Shown piece by piece: positions 46,216 to 56,534 of a DNA stretch of 64,000 nucleotides (position 1 is the stretch's first letter; each line of letters starts with the position of its first letter). Location: the NCBI GenBank assembly GCA_021819085.1, contig JAKASJ010000006.1, positions 38,166 through 102,165 of the forward strand, read 5' to 3'. Both the position numbers and the translations under genes were made by a program. This DNA comes from Pseudomonadota bacterium (GTDB lineage: Bacteria; Pseudomonadota; Gammaproteobacteria; Acidiferrobacterales; UBA6901). Below the pieces are notes generated by a model. That model searched no databases and had not been told where the DNA came from. It saw only the letters and a list, made by a program, of their open reading frames with translations.

Positions 46216-46728
46216 CTATTTGCCGTACTTCAGCTGCAGTGCCCGGTCTTTCGCGATAATCTCGGCCGAGTTGGCGGCGCGTTCATCCGCCAGCCGGCCT
46301 GCCAGGGCTGGTTCACCGAGGGCCAGAATCTGTGCTGCCAGGTAGGCGGCATTCTTTGCACCATGTTTGCCGATCGCCACACACGCCACCGGGACTCCGC
46401 CGGGCATCTGCACGGTGGAAAGCAGGGCGTCCTCTCCGTTCAGGGGGCCGCCCTCCATGGGTACTCCGATGACCGGCCTGACGGTGAGTGCGGCGACCGT
46501 CCCTGCGAGGTGTGCGGCCAGCCCGGCAGCAGCGATGAACACAGCGCAGCCGCGTGCATCGGCGTCCTTGACGTAGGCATGCGTGGCATCCGGTGTGCGG
46601 TGCGCGGAGGTAATTTTCATTTCAAACGGTACCCCGAGCTTCTTCAGCACGGCGGCGGTCGTCTCCATTGTCGGCAGGTCCGAATCGGAGCCCATCAAAA
46701 CCGCTACGAAAGGCATGGCCATTTGCAT
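46216..46728 (-). CDS. purE: N5-CAIR mutase / AIR carboxylase
   Basis: [34 protein letters not shown]. Confidence 0.96.
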   Translation of the reverse strand: MQMAMPFVAVLMGSDSDLPTMETTAAVLKKLGVPFEMKITSAHRTPDATHAYVKDADARGCAVFIAAAGLAAHLAGTVAALTVRPVIGVPMEGGPLNGEDALLSTVQMPGGVPVACVAIGKHGAKNAAYLAAQILALGEPALAGRLADERAANSAEIIAKDRALQLKYGK

Positions 46729-46850
46729 TGTCTCCCGGTGCTGGATTTATTTTCCGTTGACCATGTCGGATTATACAGGGAAACCGCAAGGCAGCGGCGC
46801 AGGTCGCCGAAAACGGGCGGGTCCGGCGGGCAGCTGCCGGAAGCAGACTG

Positions 46851-48134
46851 CTACAGGCCGCGGGCGATTGCGCGATGGCCTATGTCGGTACGGTACTGCA
46901 CGCCATTCCAGCTGATGCTGCGAGCGAGCGCATAGGCAAGGCGCTGCGCTTCGGCGACGCTGTCGCCGAGAGCGGTCGCACACAGGACGCGTCCGCCGGC
47001 GGTCAGCACCTCTCCGTTCGACACGACCGTTCCGGCGTGGAATACTTTTTGTTCCGGTCCAGTTTTCACATCCAGGCCGCGGATCACGTCGCCTTTGCGG
47101 TAGGGACCGGGATAACCCGCCGCCGCCATGACTACACCGAGTGCGACGCGTGGATCCCACTGCGCCTGAGCGCCGTCGAGTCGACCTTCGACCGCAGCTT
47201 CCAGCAGATCCAGAAGGTCCGAGCGCAGGCGCATCATGATCGGCTGGGTCTCCGGGTCGCCGAAGCGGCAGTTGTACTCGAGTACTCTGGGTGTGCCATC
47301 GGCGGAGATCATGAGGCCGGCATAGAGAAAGCCCGTATAGGGGTGACCTTCGGCCGCCATGCCGCGCACCGTAGGCTTGATAACCTCATGCAGAACACGG
47401 TCATGGATCTGCGGCGTGACAACCGGTGCCGGTGAGTACGCGCCCATGCCGCCGGTGTTCGGTCCCTGGTCCTGCTCACGCAGGCGCTTATGGTCCTGTG
47501 AAGTCGCAAGCGCTAGCACGTGCTCGCCGTCAACCATCACGATGAAACTCGCCTCTTCCCCGGCCAGAAATTCCTCCACGACCACGCGTTGCCCGGCTTC
47601 ACCGAATGCATTGCCGGCCAGCATGGTGTGTGCGGCCGTGGCCGCCTCTTCTGTCGTCTGCGCGATGATTACTCCTTTCCCGGCAGCAAGGCCGTCGGCC
47701 TTGACGACGATGGGCGCGCCCATCCTGCGTATGTAGGCTTCCGCCTGAGCCGCATTGGTAAAACTGCCATATGCGGCGGTCGGAATGTGGTGCCGTGCCA
47801 GAAAATCCTTGGCAAAGACCTTCGAGCCCTCAAGCTGGGCCGCCGCACGGCTTGGACCGAAGCAGCGCAGACCGGCTTCCCTGAAGCGGTCGACGATGCC
47901 AAGCACCAGCGGCGCCTCGGGCCCGACAATCGTTAGATCGATCCCGGAGCCAAGCGCAAAGTGTAACAGGCCATCAATATCATCAGCGCCGATAGCGACA
48001 TTCTCGCACTTGCTCTCGCGCGCGGTACCGGCGTTGCCCGGTGCCACGAAGATCTTTTCGGCACGCGCAGATTGCGCTGCCTTCCAGGCCAGCGCGTGCT
48101 CGCGCCCGCCGCCGCCCACGATAAGGACCTTCAT
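46851..48134 (-). CDS. purD: Phosphoribosylamine-glycine ligase
   Basis: GGGGREHALAW, VKADGLAAGKGV, QDHKR, GPNTGGMGAYSP, EYNCRFGDPETQ. Confidence 0.98.
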   Translation of the reverse strand: MKVLIVGGGGREHALAWKAAQSARAEKIFVAPGNAGTARESKCENVAIGADDIDGLLHFALGSGIDLTIVGPEAPLVLGIVDRFREAGLRCFGPSRAAAQLEGSKVFAKDFLARHHIPTAAYGSFTNAAQAEAYIRRMGAPIVVKADGLAAGKGVIIAQTTEEAATAAHTMLAGNAFGEAGQRVVVEEFLAGEEASFIVMVDGEHVLALATSQDHKRLREQDQGPNTGGMGAYSPAPVVTPQIHDRVLHEVIKPTVRGMAAEGHPYTGFLYAGLMISADGTPRVLEYNCRFGDPETQPIMMRLRSDLLDLLEAAVEGRLDGAQAQWDPRVALGVVMAAAGYPGPYRKGDVIRGLDVKTGPEQKVFHAGTVVSNGEVLTAGGRVLCATALGDSVAEAQRLAYALARSISWNGVQYRTDIGHRAIARGL

Positions 48135-48562
48135 GAGTATTCGTCCAGGTTCAGAGAGAAATGGTGGGCGGAGATGCGCATGCGTCGGGCGCAGTAGAAA
48201 CGATGTGCAGCGTACCGCTGTACGCCGGAATCCAGGTGCATCTCGACGCACCCTTGCGCGGCGGCGTGCTTCACCAGCCAGCCGAACAACCGGCTTCCGT
48301 AGCCTCGTGATCGACGATCCTGCGCAGTAACGAGGTCGTCGACGTACATCACCTTCCCGTGCGACAGCCTGTCCATGATGCGAAACCCGGCCAGCGAAAG
48401 CACCTCCTCGCCATCCTCAAGGCAGGCTAGTTGGTAGCCCTGCTGCTGCTGGACCTGAACCTGCCGGATGAATTGGTCCTCGGCCAGATGCGTGCGCAGT
48501 TGCACCATGACGGTAAAGCAGTGCCTGATTTCGCTTTCAGCGGTGACGATGACGATGTTCAT
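48131..48562 (-). CDS. GNAT family N-acetyltransferase
   Basis: YVDDLVT...RSRGYG (acetyl-CoA motif A), LDSGVQRYAAHRFY; stop overlaps the purD start. Confidence 0.88.
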   Translation of the reverse strand: MNIVIVTAESEIRHCFTVMVQLRTHLAEDQFIRQVQVQQQQGYQLACLEDGEEVLSLAGFRIMDRLSHGKVMYVDDLVTAQDRRSRGYGSRLFGWLVKHAAAQGCVEMHLDSGVQRYAAHRFYCARRMRISAHHFSLNLDEYS

Positions 48563-48604
48563 ATCGAAATGAGAGCGGCGCAGCGGGATGTTGCGCAAGC
48601 AGGG

Positions 48605-50176
48605 CTAGTGCCGAAAGTGCCGCATGCCGGTGAAGACCATGGCAATGCCGTGCTGATCAGCTGCCTCGATGACCTCCTGGTCGCGCATGGAGCCACCCGG
48701 CTGGATCACCGCGGTTACTCCGACTTCCGCTGCCTGATCGAGGCCGTCGCGGAATGGAAAGAACGCATCCGACGCCATCACCGAACCGCGAACCTCGAGG
48801 CCGGCGTCTGCCGCCTTGATGGAAGCGATGCGTGCACTGTACACCCGGCTCATTTGCCCAGCACCCACGCCCAAGGTACGCCCGGCCTTGCAGTAAACGA
48901 TGGCATTGGACTTGACGAACTTGACGACCTTCCAGGAGAACAGAAGATCGTTGATCTCGTTCGTGGTTGGTGCTCGGCGCGTGACAACCTTGAGATCAGT
49001 CCGGCCAAGCACGGCATTGTCGCGCTCCTGAACCAGCAACCCGCCGGTGACGCGCCTGAAATCCAGCCCGGGCGGCCGTTCACCCCGCCATTCACCGCAC
49101 TCGAGCACGCGCACATTCTGCTTCGCTGCGAGAACCGCGCGCGCATCCGGCATGACCGATGGAGCAACAATCACCTCCACGAACTGGCGCTCGATAATGG
49201 CGCGCGCTGTTGAGGCGTCCAGCGCGCGGTTGAAAGCGATGATGCCGCCGAATGCCGAAGTCGGATCGGTGATATAGGCGTTCTGGTAGGCATCGAGCAC
49301 CGTGTCGGCTACCGCCACGCCGCAGGGATTGGCATGTTTGACTATGACGCATGCCGGCTCGTCAAAGGACTTAACGCATTCCAGCGCGGCGTCAGTGTCG
49401 GCAATGTTGTTAAACGACAGTTCCTTGCCCTGCAGCTGCGCCGCGGTCGAAATACAGGCCTCCGCCGGGGCATGCTCCCGATAGAACGCAGCCTGCTGGT
49501 GAGGGTTTTCCCCGTAGCGCATGTCCTGGGCTTTGACAAACTGGGCGTTAAAGGTCCGCGGAAAGCGCACGCGTCCGCCGCCGGGTTCCAGGGTGCCGAG
49601 ATAATTGGCGATGGCGCCATCATAGCGCGCCGTGTGCTCGAAGGCTTTCACCGCCAGTGCGAAGCGCGTGCCATCGGTCAGCGCACCACCGTGTGCCTTC
49701 ATCTCCTCAATCACGACCCTGCAATCGGCGTTGTCTACGACCACTGCCACCGCTGCGTGATTTTTCGCGGCGGCGCGCAGCAGGGTCGGGCCGCCGATGT
49801 CGATGTTTTCGATCGCCAGATCGAGCGTACAGTCGCTGCGCGCCACGGTCTGTTCAAAAGGGTAGAGGTTGACGACTACCAGGTCTATGGGCTGGATGCC
49901 GTGCCGTTCCATGGCCTGAAGGTGGCTTTGTAGGTCGCGCCGACCGAGCACGCCGCCGTGGATCCGAGGATGCAGCGTCTTGAGCCGCCCATCGAGCATC
50001 TCGGGAAAGCCGGTGTAGTCCGACACTTCCGTGACCTTAATGCCGTTGTCGGCAAGCAGCCTGGCGGTTCCGCCTGTTGAAATGATTTCGACTTCGCGGG
50101 TTAGAAGGAACCTGGCAAATTCGACGATGCCCGTCTTTTCCGAGACGCTGATCAGAGCGCGTTTGATGATCGACAT
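48605..50176 (-). CDS. purH: Bifunctional AICAR transformylase / IMP cyclohydrolase
   Basis: [46 protein letters not shown]. Confidence 0.99.
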   Translation of the reverse strand: MSIIKRALISVSEKTGIVEFARFLLTREVEIISTGGTARLLADNGIKVTEVSDYTGFPEMLDGRLKTLHPRIHGGVLGRRDLQSHLQAMERHGIQPIDLVVVNLYPFEQTVARSDCTLDLAIENIDIGGPTLLRAAAKNHAAVAVVVDNADCRVVIEEMKAHGGALTDGTRFALAVKAFEHTARYDGAIANYLGTLEPGGGRVRFPRTFNAQFVKAQDMRYGENPHQQAAFYREHAPAEACISTAAQLQGKELSFNNIADTDAALECVKSFDEPACVIVKHANPCGVAVADTVLDAYQNAYITDPTSAFGGIIAFNRALDASTARAIIERQFVEVIVAPSVMPDARAVLAAKQNVRVLECGEWRGERPPGLDFRRVTGGLLVQERDNAVLGRTDLKVVTRRAPTTNEINDLLFSWKVVKFVKSNAIVYCKAGRTLGVGAGQMSRVYSARIASIKAADAGLEVRGSVMASDAFFPFRDGLDQAAEVGVTAVIQPGGSMRDQEVIEAADQHGIAMVFTGMRHFRH

Positions 50177-50302
50177 GCTGCCTCTTAACCGGTTGTTGGC
50201 GAGACCCTGGACAAAGATCCGGGAATTCGGTTGCCGCTGTGCTTTTGCGCAAGCAGGTCACTCAGTTGCGCATGTGCCTGTGCCCGCAATAGCCGGAGTT
50301 CG

Positions 50303-50548
50303 TCACTCCAGTCCGTGCAGTTTGAGCTTCTTGCGCAAGGTATTGCGATTGATCCCAAGCATCCGAGCTGCCTTGCACTGGTTGCTCTGTGCGTGCTGCA
50401 TGACTGCCTCAAGCAGCGGACGCTCGACTTCGCTGATGACCATGGCGTACAGGCTGCCCGGCTTCTCGCCATCCAGGTCATGAAAGTAGCGCTCGAGCGC
50501 GCTCCTTACGCAGGCGGCAAGCGGCCCTTTGCGATGATGCTCTTTCAT
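50303..50548 (-). CDS. fis: Fis family DNA-binding protein
   Basis: EVERPLL...NQCKAARMLGINRNTLRKKL; coupled to dusB. Confidence 0.93.
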   Translation of the reverse strand: MKEHHRKGPLAACVRSALERYFHDLDGEKPGSLYAMVISEVERPLLEAVMQHAQSNQCKAARMLGINRNTLRKKLKLHGLE

Positions 50549-51543
50549 GCCGCGATTCCGGCTGCCCGTGCGATCGCGTCGGCCTGCCGAGCGAAAAATT
50601 CCTCGATCATGTCGATCTGCGCCGTCGCCGTCTCTGCTTGGTTGATGGCATGACGGAATGTGCCGCCGCCAACGAAGCCCTTGCTGTACCAGGATATGTG
50701 CTTGCGTGCGATGCGCACGCCCAGATGCTCGCCATAAAACCCGTACAGGTCTCCGAGATGACCGAGCAGAATGTCACGGATCTCGCGCGGACCCGGTTCC
50801 GGGAGAAGTGTTCCGGTGCGAAGAAAATGCCCGATTTCCCGGAAAATCCATGGTCTGCCCTGGGCGGCGCGACCGATCATGATGCCGTCGGCTCCGGTTT
50901 TTTCGAGAACGTACCTGGCTTTTTCCGGGGAGTCGATGTCGCCATTGGCGATGACCGGGATCCGGACCGCTTCCTTGATCGCAGCAATGGTCTCGTATTC
51001 CGCATCGCCCTGGTAGGCGTCCGCGCGGGTGCGACCGTGCACAGCCAGCGCCTGGATTCCGGCCTCCTCGGCGATACGTGCGATCCTCACGCCGTTGCGA
51101 TGGTCGCGGTCCCAGCCGGTACGGATCTTGAGGGTGACCGGAACATCGACGCTCCGTACCACGGCCTCGACGATGCGCGTGACGAGCGGCTCATCGCGCA
51201 GCAATGCCGAACCGGCGAGCACATTGCACACCTTTTTGGCCGGACAACCCATGTTGATATCGATGATCTGTGCCCCGCGATCCACGTTGTGACGCGCCGC
51301 TTCGGCCATCATCGCCGGGTCAGCTCCGGCCAGCTGCACTGACTTCGGTTCCGGCTCGCCATCATGATTGGCGCGCCGCAGTGTTTTCTCGCTTCCCCAC
51401 AAGAGCGAGTTGGAAGAAACCATCTCGGACACTGCCATGCCGGCACCGAGCCTGCGACACAGCTGGCGGAACGGGCGGTCCGTGACCCCGGCCATGGGCG
51501 CGACGATCAGGTTGTTCTTCAGAGAGTAGGGGCCCAGTCGCAT
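50545..51543 (-). CDS. dusB: tRNA-dihydrouridine synthase B
   Basis: APMAGVTDRPFR, DINMGCPAKKV, AVHGRTR, ANGDI. Start at ATG 51543. Confidence 0.97.
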   Translation of the reverse strand: MRLGPYSLKNNLIVAPMAGVTDRPFRQLCRRLGAGMAVSEMVSSNSLLWGSEKTLRRANHDGEPEPKSVQLAGADPAMMAEAARHNVDRGAQIIDINMGCPAKKVCNVLAGSALLRDEPLVTRIVEAVVRSVDVPVTLKIRTGWDRDHRNGVRIARIAEEAGIQALAVHGRTRADAYQGDAEYETIAAIKEAVRIPVIANGDIDSPEKARYVLEKTGADGIMIGRAAQGRPWIFREIGHFLRTGTLLPEPGPREIRDILLGHLGDLYGFYGEHLGVRIARKHISWYSKGFVGGGTFRHAINQAETATAQIDMIEEFFARQADAIARAAGIAA

Positions 51544-51572
51544 CAAGGTCTTGTTCGTATTGCAGAGGGAAA

Positions 51573-51585
51573 GGGCGGCATAATA
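51573..51585 (-). promoter_or_regulatory. Putative dusB-fis promoter -10 with GC-rich discriminator
   Basis: TATTAT followed by GCCGCCC about 30 bp upstream of dusB, as expected for a stringently controlled dusB-fis promoter. Confidence 0.5.
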
Positions 51586-51712
51586 CTCATAAATTGTGGG
51601 TGCAGGGAAGAGGCGGCTCGATGTGTGCCGCTCGCGCCGATCCGGGCGGTGTTGCATCGCATCCGGTGCATCGGTCGCGATGACCAGAGCCCCGGATTCC
51701 GGCGTGCCACCG

Positions 51713-52507
51713 CTACCGGGCGGCGAACAGCTGGATCTCGTAACCGACCGCGCGCGCACCGGGGTTGAGGACGTCGAAGGAGACCGGAATCGCAACGTTC
51801 GGCGGCATGCCGGCGTAGGCTGACGCCTTGCCAAGGTATTCGCGGGGACGAAACACACGCCGGGCGATCACATCTCCGCCGCTGCCGTTAAAGGTGATTT
51901 CGAGCAACGGATAAGGCTGCGTGCGGGAAGCGCGGTTGACCAGGGTCGCGGTAATGCGCAGGGCGTTGGCGACCTTTGGATGCAGGGCGATCTGTGCCCG
52001 TTCCAGGTCGATCAAGGCGATGTCCGTTCGTGCAGCGGCTCTGAACCCGAGCCAGCGCCTGGCGTCCGTCACGACCCGGTTGATCGGCGGATACCACAGC
52101 GAGAGTGTCGGGCCATAGAAGTACAGTACTTGTGCACCAAGAAGGAGCACGAGAAGCAGATTGCCCAGGACCCAGAACGGCGTGCGCGTGCGCGGTCGAC
52201 GGGCACGGCGTAACAGAGGGAACTCCAGCATTCCGGCTTCGGACGGGACTTCAGGCGATGAGCCCTCGGTCGACGTGGCGGTGACAACGCGGTCGGCGAT
52301 GCCTGCAGCAGCCACTTTCCCGTCTGGTGTCGCGGCGGCGGTATTGCCACTCGGCGCCTCATCCTCCCGGGGCAGCCCATGCAGCAGTACGTCGTTGCTC
52401 TGGAATACCGCGGAGCACCGCCCGCATCGGACCAGACCGCCACGGGCTGCACGCTGCGCCTCGGTAAGACTGAACACGGTGTGGCAGCGCGGGCAGCGGG
52501 TGTACAT
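51713..52507 (-). CDS. Zinc-ribbon (MJ0042-type) and DUF3426 domain protein
   Basis: MYTRCPRCHTVF...VRCGRCSAVF, a TM helix, then NRA..QPYPLLE...RRVFRPREYL; usual prmA-dusB position. Confidence 0.88.
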   Translation of the reverse strand: MYTRCPRCHTVFSLTEAQRAARGGLVRCGRCSAVFQSNDVLLHGLPREDEAPSGNTAAATPDGKVAAAGIADRVVTATSTEGSSPEVPSEAGMLEFPLLRRARRPRTRTPFWVLGNLLLVLLLGAQVLYFYGPTLSLWYPPINRVVTDARRWLGFRAAARTDIALIDLERAQIALHPKVANALRITATLVNRASRTQPYPLLEITFNGSGGDVIARRVFRPREYLGKASAYAGMPPNVAIPVSFDVLNPGARAVGYEIQLFAAR

Positions 52508-52528
52508 GATTCGGTGGTCGTAAGGAAT

Positions 52529-53422
52529 TCAACCGTTCAGCGCGGATCTGCGACAAGCCAGCAACGCCCAGCCGTCCCGGATGCGGGTTTCGGTGGAAAA
52601 TGCCGCCGCATAGTGGCGCTCGACCTCGGCAGCCTGCTGTTCCAGCATCCCCGATAGCAGCAGGACACCGCCAGCGCGCGTGAGCCTGCTAAGGCGCGGA
52701 GCGAGCTGGATCAGGGGATCAGCCAGGATGTTGGCGACGACGATATCGGCGTCCACACACGCCGGCAGGGACTGTGGTATGGCGGTGGACAACCGGTCGC
52801 CCACGTCATTGCGCCGTGCGTTCTCGCAGGTCACCGCCAGCGCGGCGGCGTCGATATCGACCGCCCAGGCGCTGCGTGCGCCCAGCTTCAGTGCAGCGAT
52901 AGCGAGGATGCCGGAACCGCAGCCGAAATCGATGATTTCGCTTCCCGACAGCATGTTGGTCGCGAGCCAGTCCAGACATAATGCAGTCGTGGCGTGTGTT
53001 CCAGTACCGAACGCGAGGCCTGGATCGAGAATGACAGCCACTGCCGGCGGCGGTGGCGGAGCATGCCAGCTGGGACAGATCCATAGATTCCCGCCGACGT
53101 GCAGTGGCGTGAAGCGGTCCATCCAGGCCCGCTCCCAGTCCTGGTCCGGTAAGCGGTCGGCTGCCCAGGTGGGGGGCGTATCCATGCCCAGCAGGGCCAC
53201 CACATCGCCGACAAACCGCGATGGCTCCGTGTCGTCGGACAGCAAGGCGCTCAGGTTGGTATGCGCCCACAGGCGCGGCTCGTCGTTGCCGGTGCTGCCA
53301 AAAAGCACTTCATTGCCGGCATCTTCCAGCATGACCGCAAGTGCGCCGCAGCGCTCCAGGGCATCCGCGATGCTGTCCGCCTGCTCGCGGTCAACCCTTA
53401 AGTGGACGCGGAGCCAAGGCAT
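52529..53422 (-). CDS. prmA: Ribosomal protein L11 methyltransferase
   Basis: DQDWERAW, LDPGLAFGTGTHATT, DFGCGSGILAIAA, VANILA. Confidence 0.96.
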   Translation of the reverse strand: MPWLRVHLRVDREQADSIADALERCGALAVMLEDAGNEVLFGSTGNDEPRLWAHTNLSALLSDDTEPSRFVGDVVALLGMDTPPTWAADRLPDQDWERAWMDRFTPLHVGGNLWICPSWHAPPPPPAVAVILDPGLAFGTGTHATTALCLDWLATNMLSGSEIIDFGCGSGILAIAALKLGARSAWAVDIDAAALAVTCENARRNDVGDRLSTAIPQSLPACVDADIVVANILADPLIQLAPRLSRLTRAGGVLLLSGMLEQQAAEVERHYAAAFSTETRIRDGWALLACRRSALNG

Positions 53423-53540
53423 GGCGATTCACGTAAAGCGTCTGCACGACAGCTGCCATCGGTTTCGACATGCGGAATGCATCGCTTGGGTTCACCTCGG
53501 GGTGCCGAAGGGCCGTAGCCGGTCGGCGACCGATTGTCTG

Positions 53541-54881
53541 TCAGAGTCCTAGCTTCTTTTCCAGGTAGTGAATGTTTACCCCGCCAGAGGCGAACGCGGC
53601 GTCATTCATGATGTCCTGGTGCAGGGCAATATTCGTTCGAATCCCGTCGATCACCATCTCGCTCAGGGCAATGCGCATGCGGGCCATGGCGATCTCGCGA
53701 TCCGTTCCGAATGCAATGAGCTTGCCGATCATCGAGTCGTAAAAGGGTGGGACCACATAGTTATTGTACACATGCGAATCGACGCGGATTCCCGGTCCGC
53801 CCGGCTGATGGAACTGGGTAATGCGCCCCGGCGAAGGCATGAAGGTTCGGGGGTCTTCGGCGTTGATACGGCACTCGATCGCATGACCTTGCCACGTAAT
53901 ATCCTTCTGGCGATACGACAGGCGCTCGCCCGAGGCGATCAGCAACTGTTCGCGGACGATATCCACGCCGGTAACCATCTCTGTCACCGGATGTTCCACC
54001 TGCACGCGTGTATTCATTTCAATGAAATAGAATTCGCCGTTCTCATACAGGAATTCAAAGGTCCCGGCTCCGCGGTAGCCGATTTTGCGACAGGCCTCCG
54101 CGCAGCGCTCGCCCATGCGCTGGCGTACCCGTTCCGAAATACCCGGGGCGGGGCTTTCCTCGACCACTTTCTGATGACGCCGTTGCATAGAGCAGTCGCG
54201 TTCGCCCAGGTGTATGGCGTTGCCGTGCTCGTCGGCCAGAACTTGGAACTCCACGTGGCGTGGATTCTCCAGGTATTTCTCCATGTACACGATGTCGTTA
54301 TTGAAAGCTGCCTTCGCTTCGGCACGGGTAAGCGATATGGCGTTGCGCAGGGCGGCTTCGCTGTGTACCACGCGCATTCCCTTCCCGCCGCCACCACCGG
54401 TAGCCTTGATGAGCACGGGGTAACCGATGTCCGCAGCGAGTCTGAGGTTTTCGTCGTCATCTTCCGAGAGCGGTCCGTCGGATCCGGGCACGCACGGTAC
54501 CCCGGCTTTCTTCATAGCCCGGATGGCGGAGATTTTGTCGCCCATCAGTCGAATGGTTTCGGCCCGCGGACCGATGAAGATAAACCCGCTCTGTTCGACG
54601 CGTTCAGCGAAATCCGCATTCTCCGAAAGGAAGCCGTAGCCCGGATGAATGGCGACCGCGTCGGTGACTTCGGCGGCACTGATAACCGCCGGAATGTTCA
54701 GATAGCTGTCCCTGGCTGGCGGTGGACCGATGCACACGGATTCGTCCGCAAGCTTGACGTACTTCGCGTCCCGATCAGCCTCGGAGTGCAGCGCGACGGT
54801 CCGGATGCCCAAAGTGCGGCACGCCCGCTGGATGCGCAACGCGATCTCACCACGATTGGCTATAACTACTTTCTCGATCAT
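53541..54881 (-). CDS. accC: Acetyl-CoA carboxylase, biotin carboxylase subunit
   Basis: [44 protein letters not shown]. Confidence 0.98.
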   Translation of the reverse strand: MIEKVVIANRGEIALRIQRACRTLGIRTVALHSEADRDAKYVKLADESVCIGPPPARDSYLNIPAVISAAEVTDAVAIHPGYGFLSENADFAERVEQSGFIFIGPRAETIRLMGDKISAIRAMKKAGVPCVPGSDGPLSEDDDENLRLAADIGYPVLIKATGGGGGKGMRVVHSEAALRNAISLTRAEAKAAFNNDIVYMEKYLENPRHVEFQVLADEHGNAIHLGERDCSMQRRHQKVVEESPAPGISERVRQRMGERCAEACRKIGYRGAGTFEFLYENGEFYFIEMNTRVQVEHPVTEMVTGVDIVREQLLIASGERLSYRQKDITWQGHAIECRINAEDPRTFMPSPGRITQFHQPGGPGIRVDSHVYNNYVVPPFYDSMIGKLIAFGTDREIAMARMRIALSEMVIDGIRTNIALHQDIMNDAAFASGGVNIHYLEKKLGL

Positions 54882-54903
54882 GGAATTGCCGGGGCAGGGG
54901 TGA

Positions 54904-55350
54904 TTATTCGATGACAAACAGCGGTTCGCCGTATTCCACCGGCTGGCCATTCTCTTTAAGGATCGCCTTGATCGTTCCAGCCTTGTCGGCCTCGATTGGG
55001 TTGAGCATCTTCATTGCTTCGATAATGCACAACGTATCACCGACCTTCACCTGGTTGCCGACTTCCACGAACGGAGCGGCACTGGGCGACGGCGAGCGAT
55101 AAAAGCTGCCGACCATTGGAGAGGTGACGATATGACCAGACGGGACAGGGGAAGCCTCCGCAGGCCTTTCAGCGGCGGGAGCGGGCGCCGGTGCTGCCGA
55201 AATCGGTGCATGAACGATCGTTGGAGGTGCCGGGGCGGCCGTCAATATGCGACTGAGCCGGATGGTTTCCTCTCCCTCCCGGATTTCGATTTCCGAAAGG
55301 TTGGATTCTTCAAGCATCTCAATGAGTTTCTTGATCTTGCGTATGTCCAC
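54904..55350 (-). CDS. accB: Acetyl-CoA carboxylase biotin carboxyl carrier protein
   Basis: [10 protein letters not shown], Ala/Pro linker, EAMKM biotinylation motif. Confidence 0.98.
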   Translation of the reverse strand: MDIRKIKKLIEMLEESNLSEIEIREGEETIRLSRILTAAPAPPTIVHAPISAAPAPAPAAERPAEASPVPSGHIVTSPMVGSFYRSPSPSAAPFVEVGNQVKVGDTLCIIEAMKMLNPIEADKAGTIKAILKENGQPVEYGEPLFVIE

Positions 55351-55801
55351 GGTTTTTGTCCTGGTTTTCTAAGTACCGGATGGCTGCCGCAAGCGCCAAT
55401 TCATAGCCTTGAGCGCCAAGCCCGCTGATGACTCCGTTGGCAAGGTCGGAGAAATAGGACTGGTGGCGGAACGGCTCGCGCGCATGAATATTGGAAAGAT
55501 GGACTTCGATGAAGGGAATCGCCGACGCCGCGAGCGCATCGCGTAGTGCGATGCTGGTATGCGTGAAGGCGGCAGGATTGAGCACGATGAACGCCGTCTT
55601 CTGGTCCATGGCCTGATGCACGCGCTGCACGAGTTCGTGCTCGGCATTGCTCTGAAAAAAACTCAAATGATGGCCAGTTCGAGCCACAATTAGCGCAAGT
55701 TCGGCGTTGATCGCTTCAAGACCGGTAGAACCGTAATACCGGGGTTCGCGCGCCCCCAGCAAGTTGAGGTTTGGTCCGTTAAGTACCAATATCTCGGCCA
55801 T
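55319..55801 (-). CDS. aroQ: Type II 3-dehydroquinate dehydratase
   Basis: [40 protein letters not shown]. Confidence 0.97.
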   Translation of the reverse strand: MAEILVLNGPNLNLLGAREPRYYGSTGLEAINAELALIVARTGHHLSFFQSNAEHELVQRVHQAMDQKTAFIVLNPAAFTHTSIALRDALAASAIPFIEVHLSNIHAREPFRHQSYFSDLANGVISGLGAQGYELALAAAIRYLENQDKNRGHTQDQETH

Positions 55802-55882
55802 AGATCCCTGATTGATTGCCCGATCCTGTGCGGATCCAGACTGGCTGGCGCACAGAAAGTATCAGTACCGAATGGGACGAGG

Positions 55883-55911
55883 ATAGTACGCAGTCAAGCA
55901 GGGTTTGTCCA
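55883..55911 (-). promoter_or_regulatory. Putative sigma70 promoter of aroQ-accBC
   Basis: TGGACA-17 bp-TACTAT on the minus strand. Confidence 0.55.
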
Positions 55912-55997
55912 GTTCAAGACAAATTCCAGTAAATTCGCCGGAGTTCGGGCCCAAGAATCGCAGGACATGGCCCAGGAGGTCAATCGATTCCCGTCAG

Positions 55998-56534
55998 TCA
56001 TGACGGGGACTTGAGATAGGGACTCAGGGCTTTTTTCAGGCTGGTCCCGGTGAATGCTCCGAGCTTGCTGGCCACGATCCGGCCATGCCGGTCGAGAATG
56101 ATGCTATACGGCAGACCACCCTCCACGTCCCCATAACGAGTCATCAATTGCATTCCTTGCTGCTCGCCGAGCAACACCGGATAGTTCATCTTCTTTGCCT
56201 TGTAAAACTGGACCACGCGCGAAGGCCTGTCGACGGCGACACCGATAATCTGGAGGCCCCTGGGGCCAAGGCGCCTCTGGGCCTTGATGAATTCGGGAAT
56301 CTCCTCGCGACAGGGCGGGCACCAGGTTGCCCAGAAATTCACTATGCGGACCTTGCCGGTCCAGTCCTGGATGCTGCGGTCATGCCCGTTGATATCCGGC
56401 AGCGAAAAGGTGACAGCCTGTCCGCTCGCAATGGCTGGCATTGGTGCCGTTGAATGGTGAAAATGCTGACCGAGCCACATCCCGGCCACGCCGGCAAGCA
56501 AGGCGGCCGCTGCCAGCAAAAGAAACTTTTTCAT
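55998..56534 (-). CDS. TlpA-family thiol-disulfide reductase
   Basis: N-terminal anchor; VNFWATWCPPCREEIP, GLPYS. ATG overlaps the dsbD stop. Confidence 0.9.
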   Translation of the reverse strand: MKKFLLLAAAALLAGVAGMWLGQHFHHSTAPMPAIASGQAVTFSLPDINGHDRSIQDWTGKVRIVNFWATWCPPCREEIPEFIKAQRRLGPRGLQIIGVAVDRPSRVVQFYKAKKMNYPVLLGEQQGMQLMTRYGDVEGGLPYSIILDRHGRIVASKLGAFTGTSLKKALSPYLKSPS

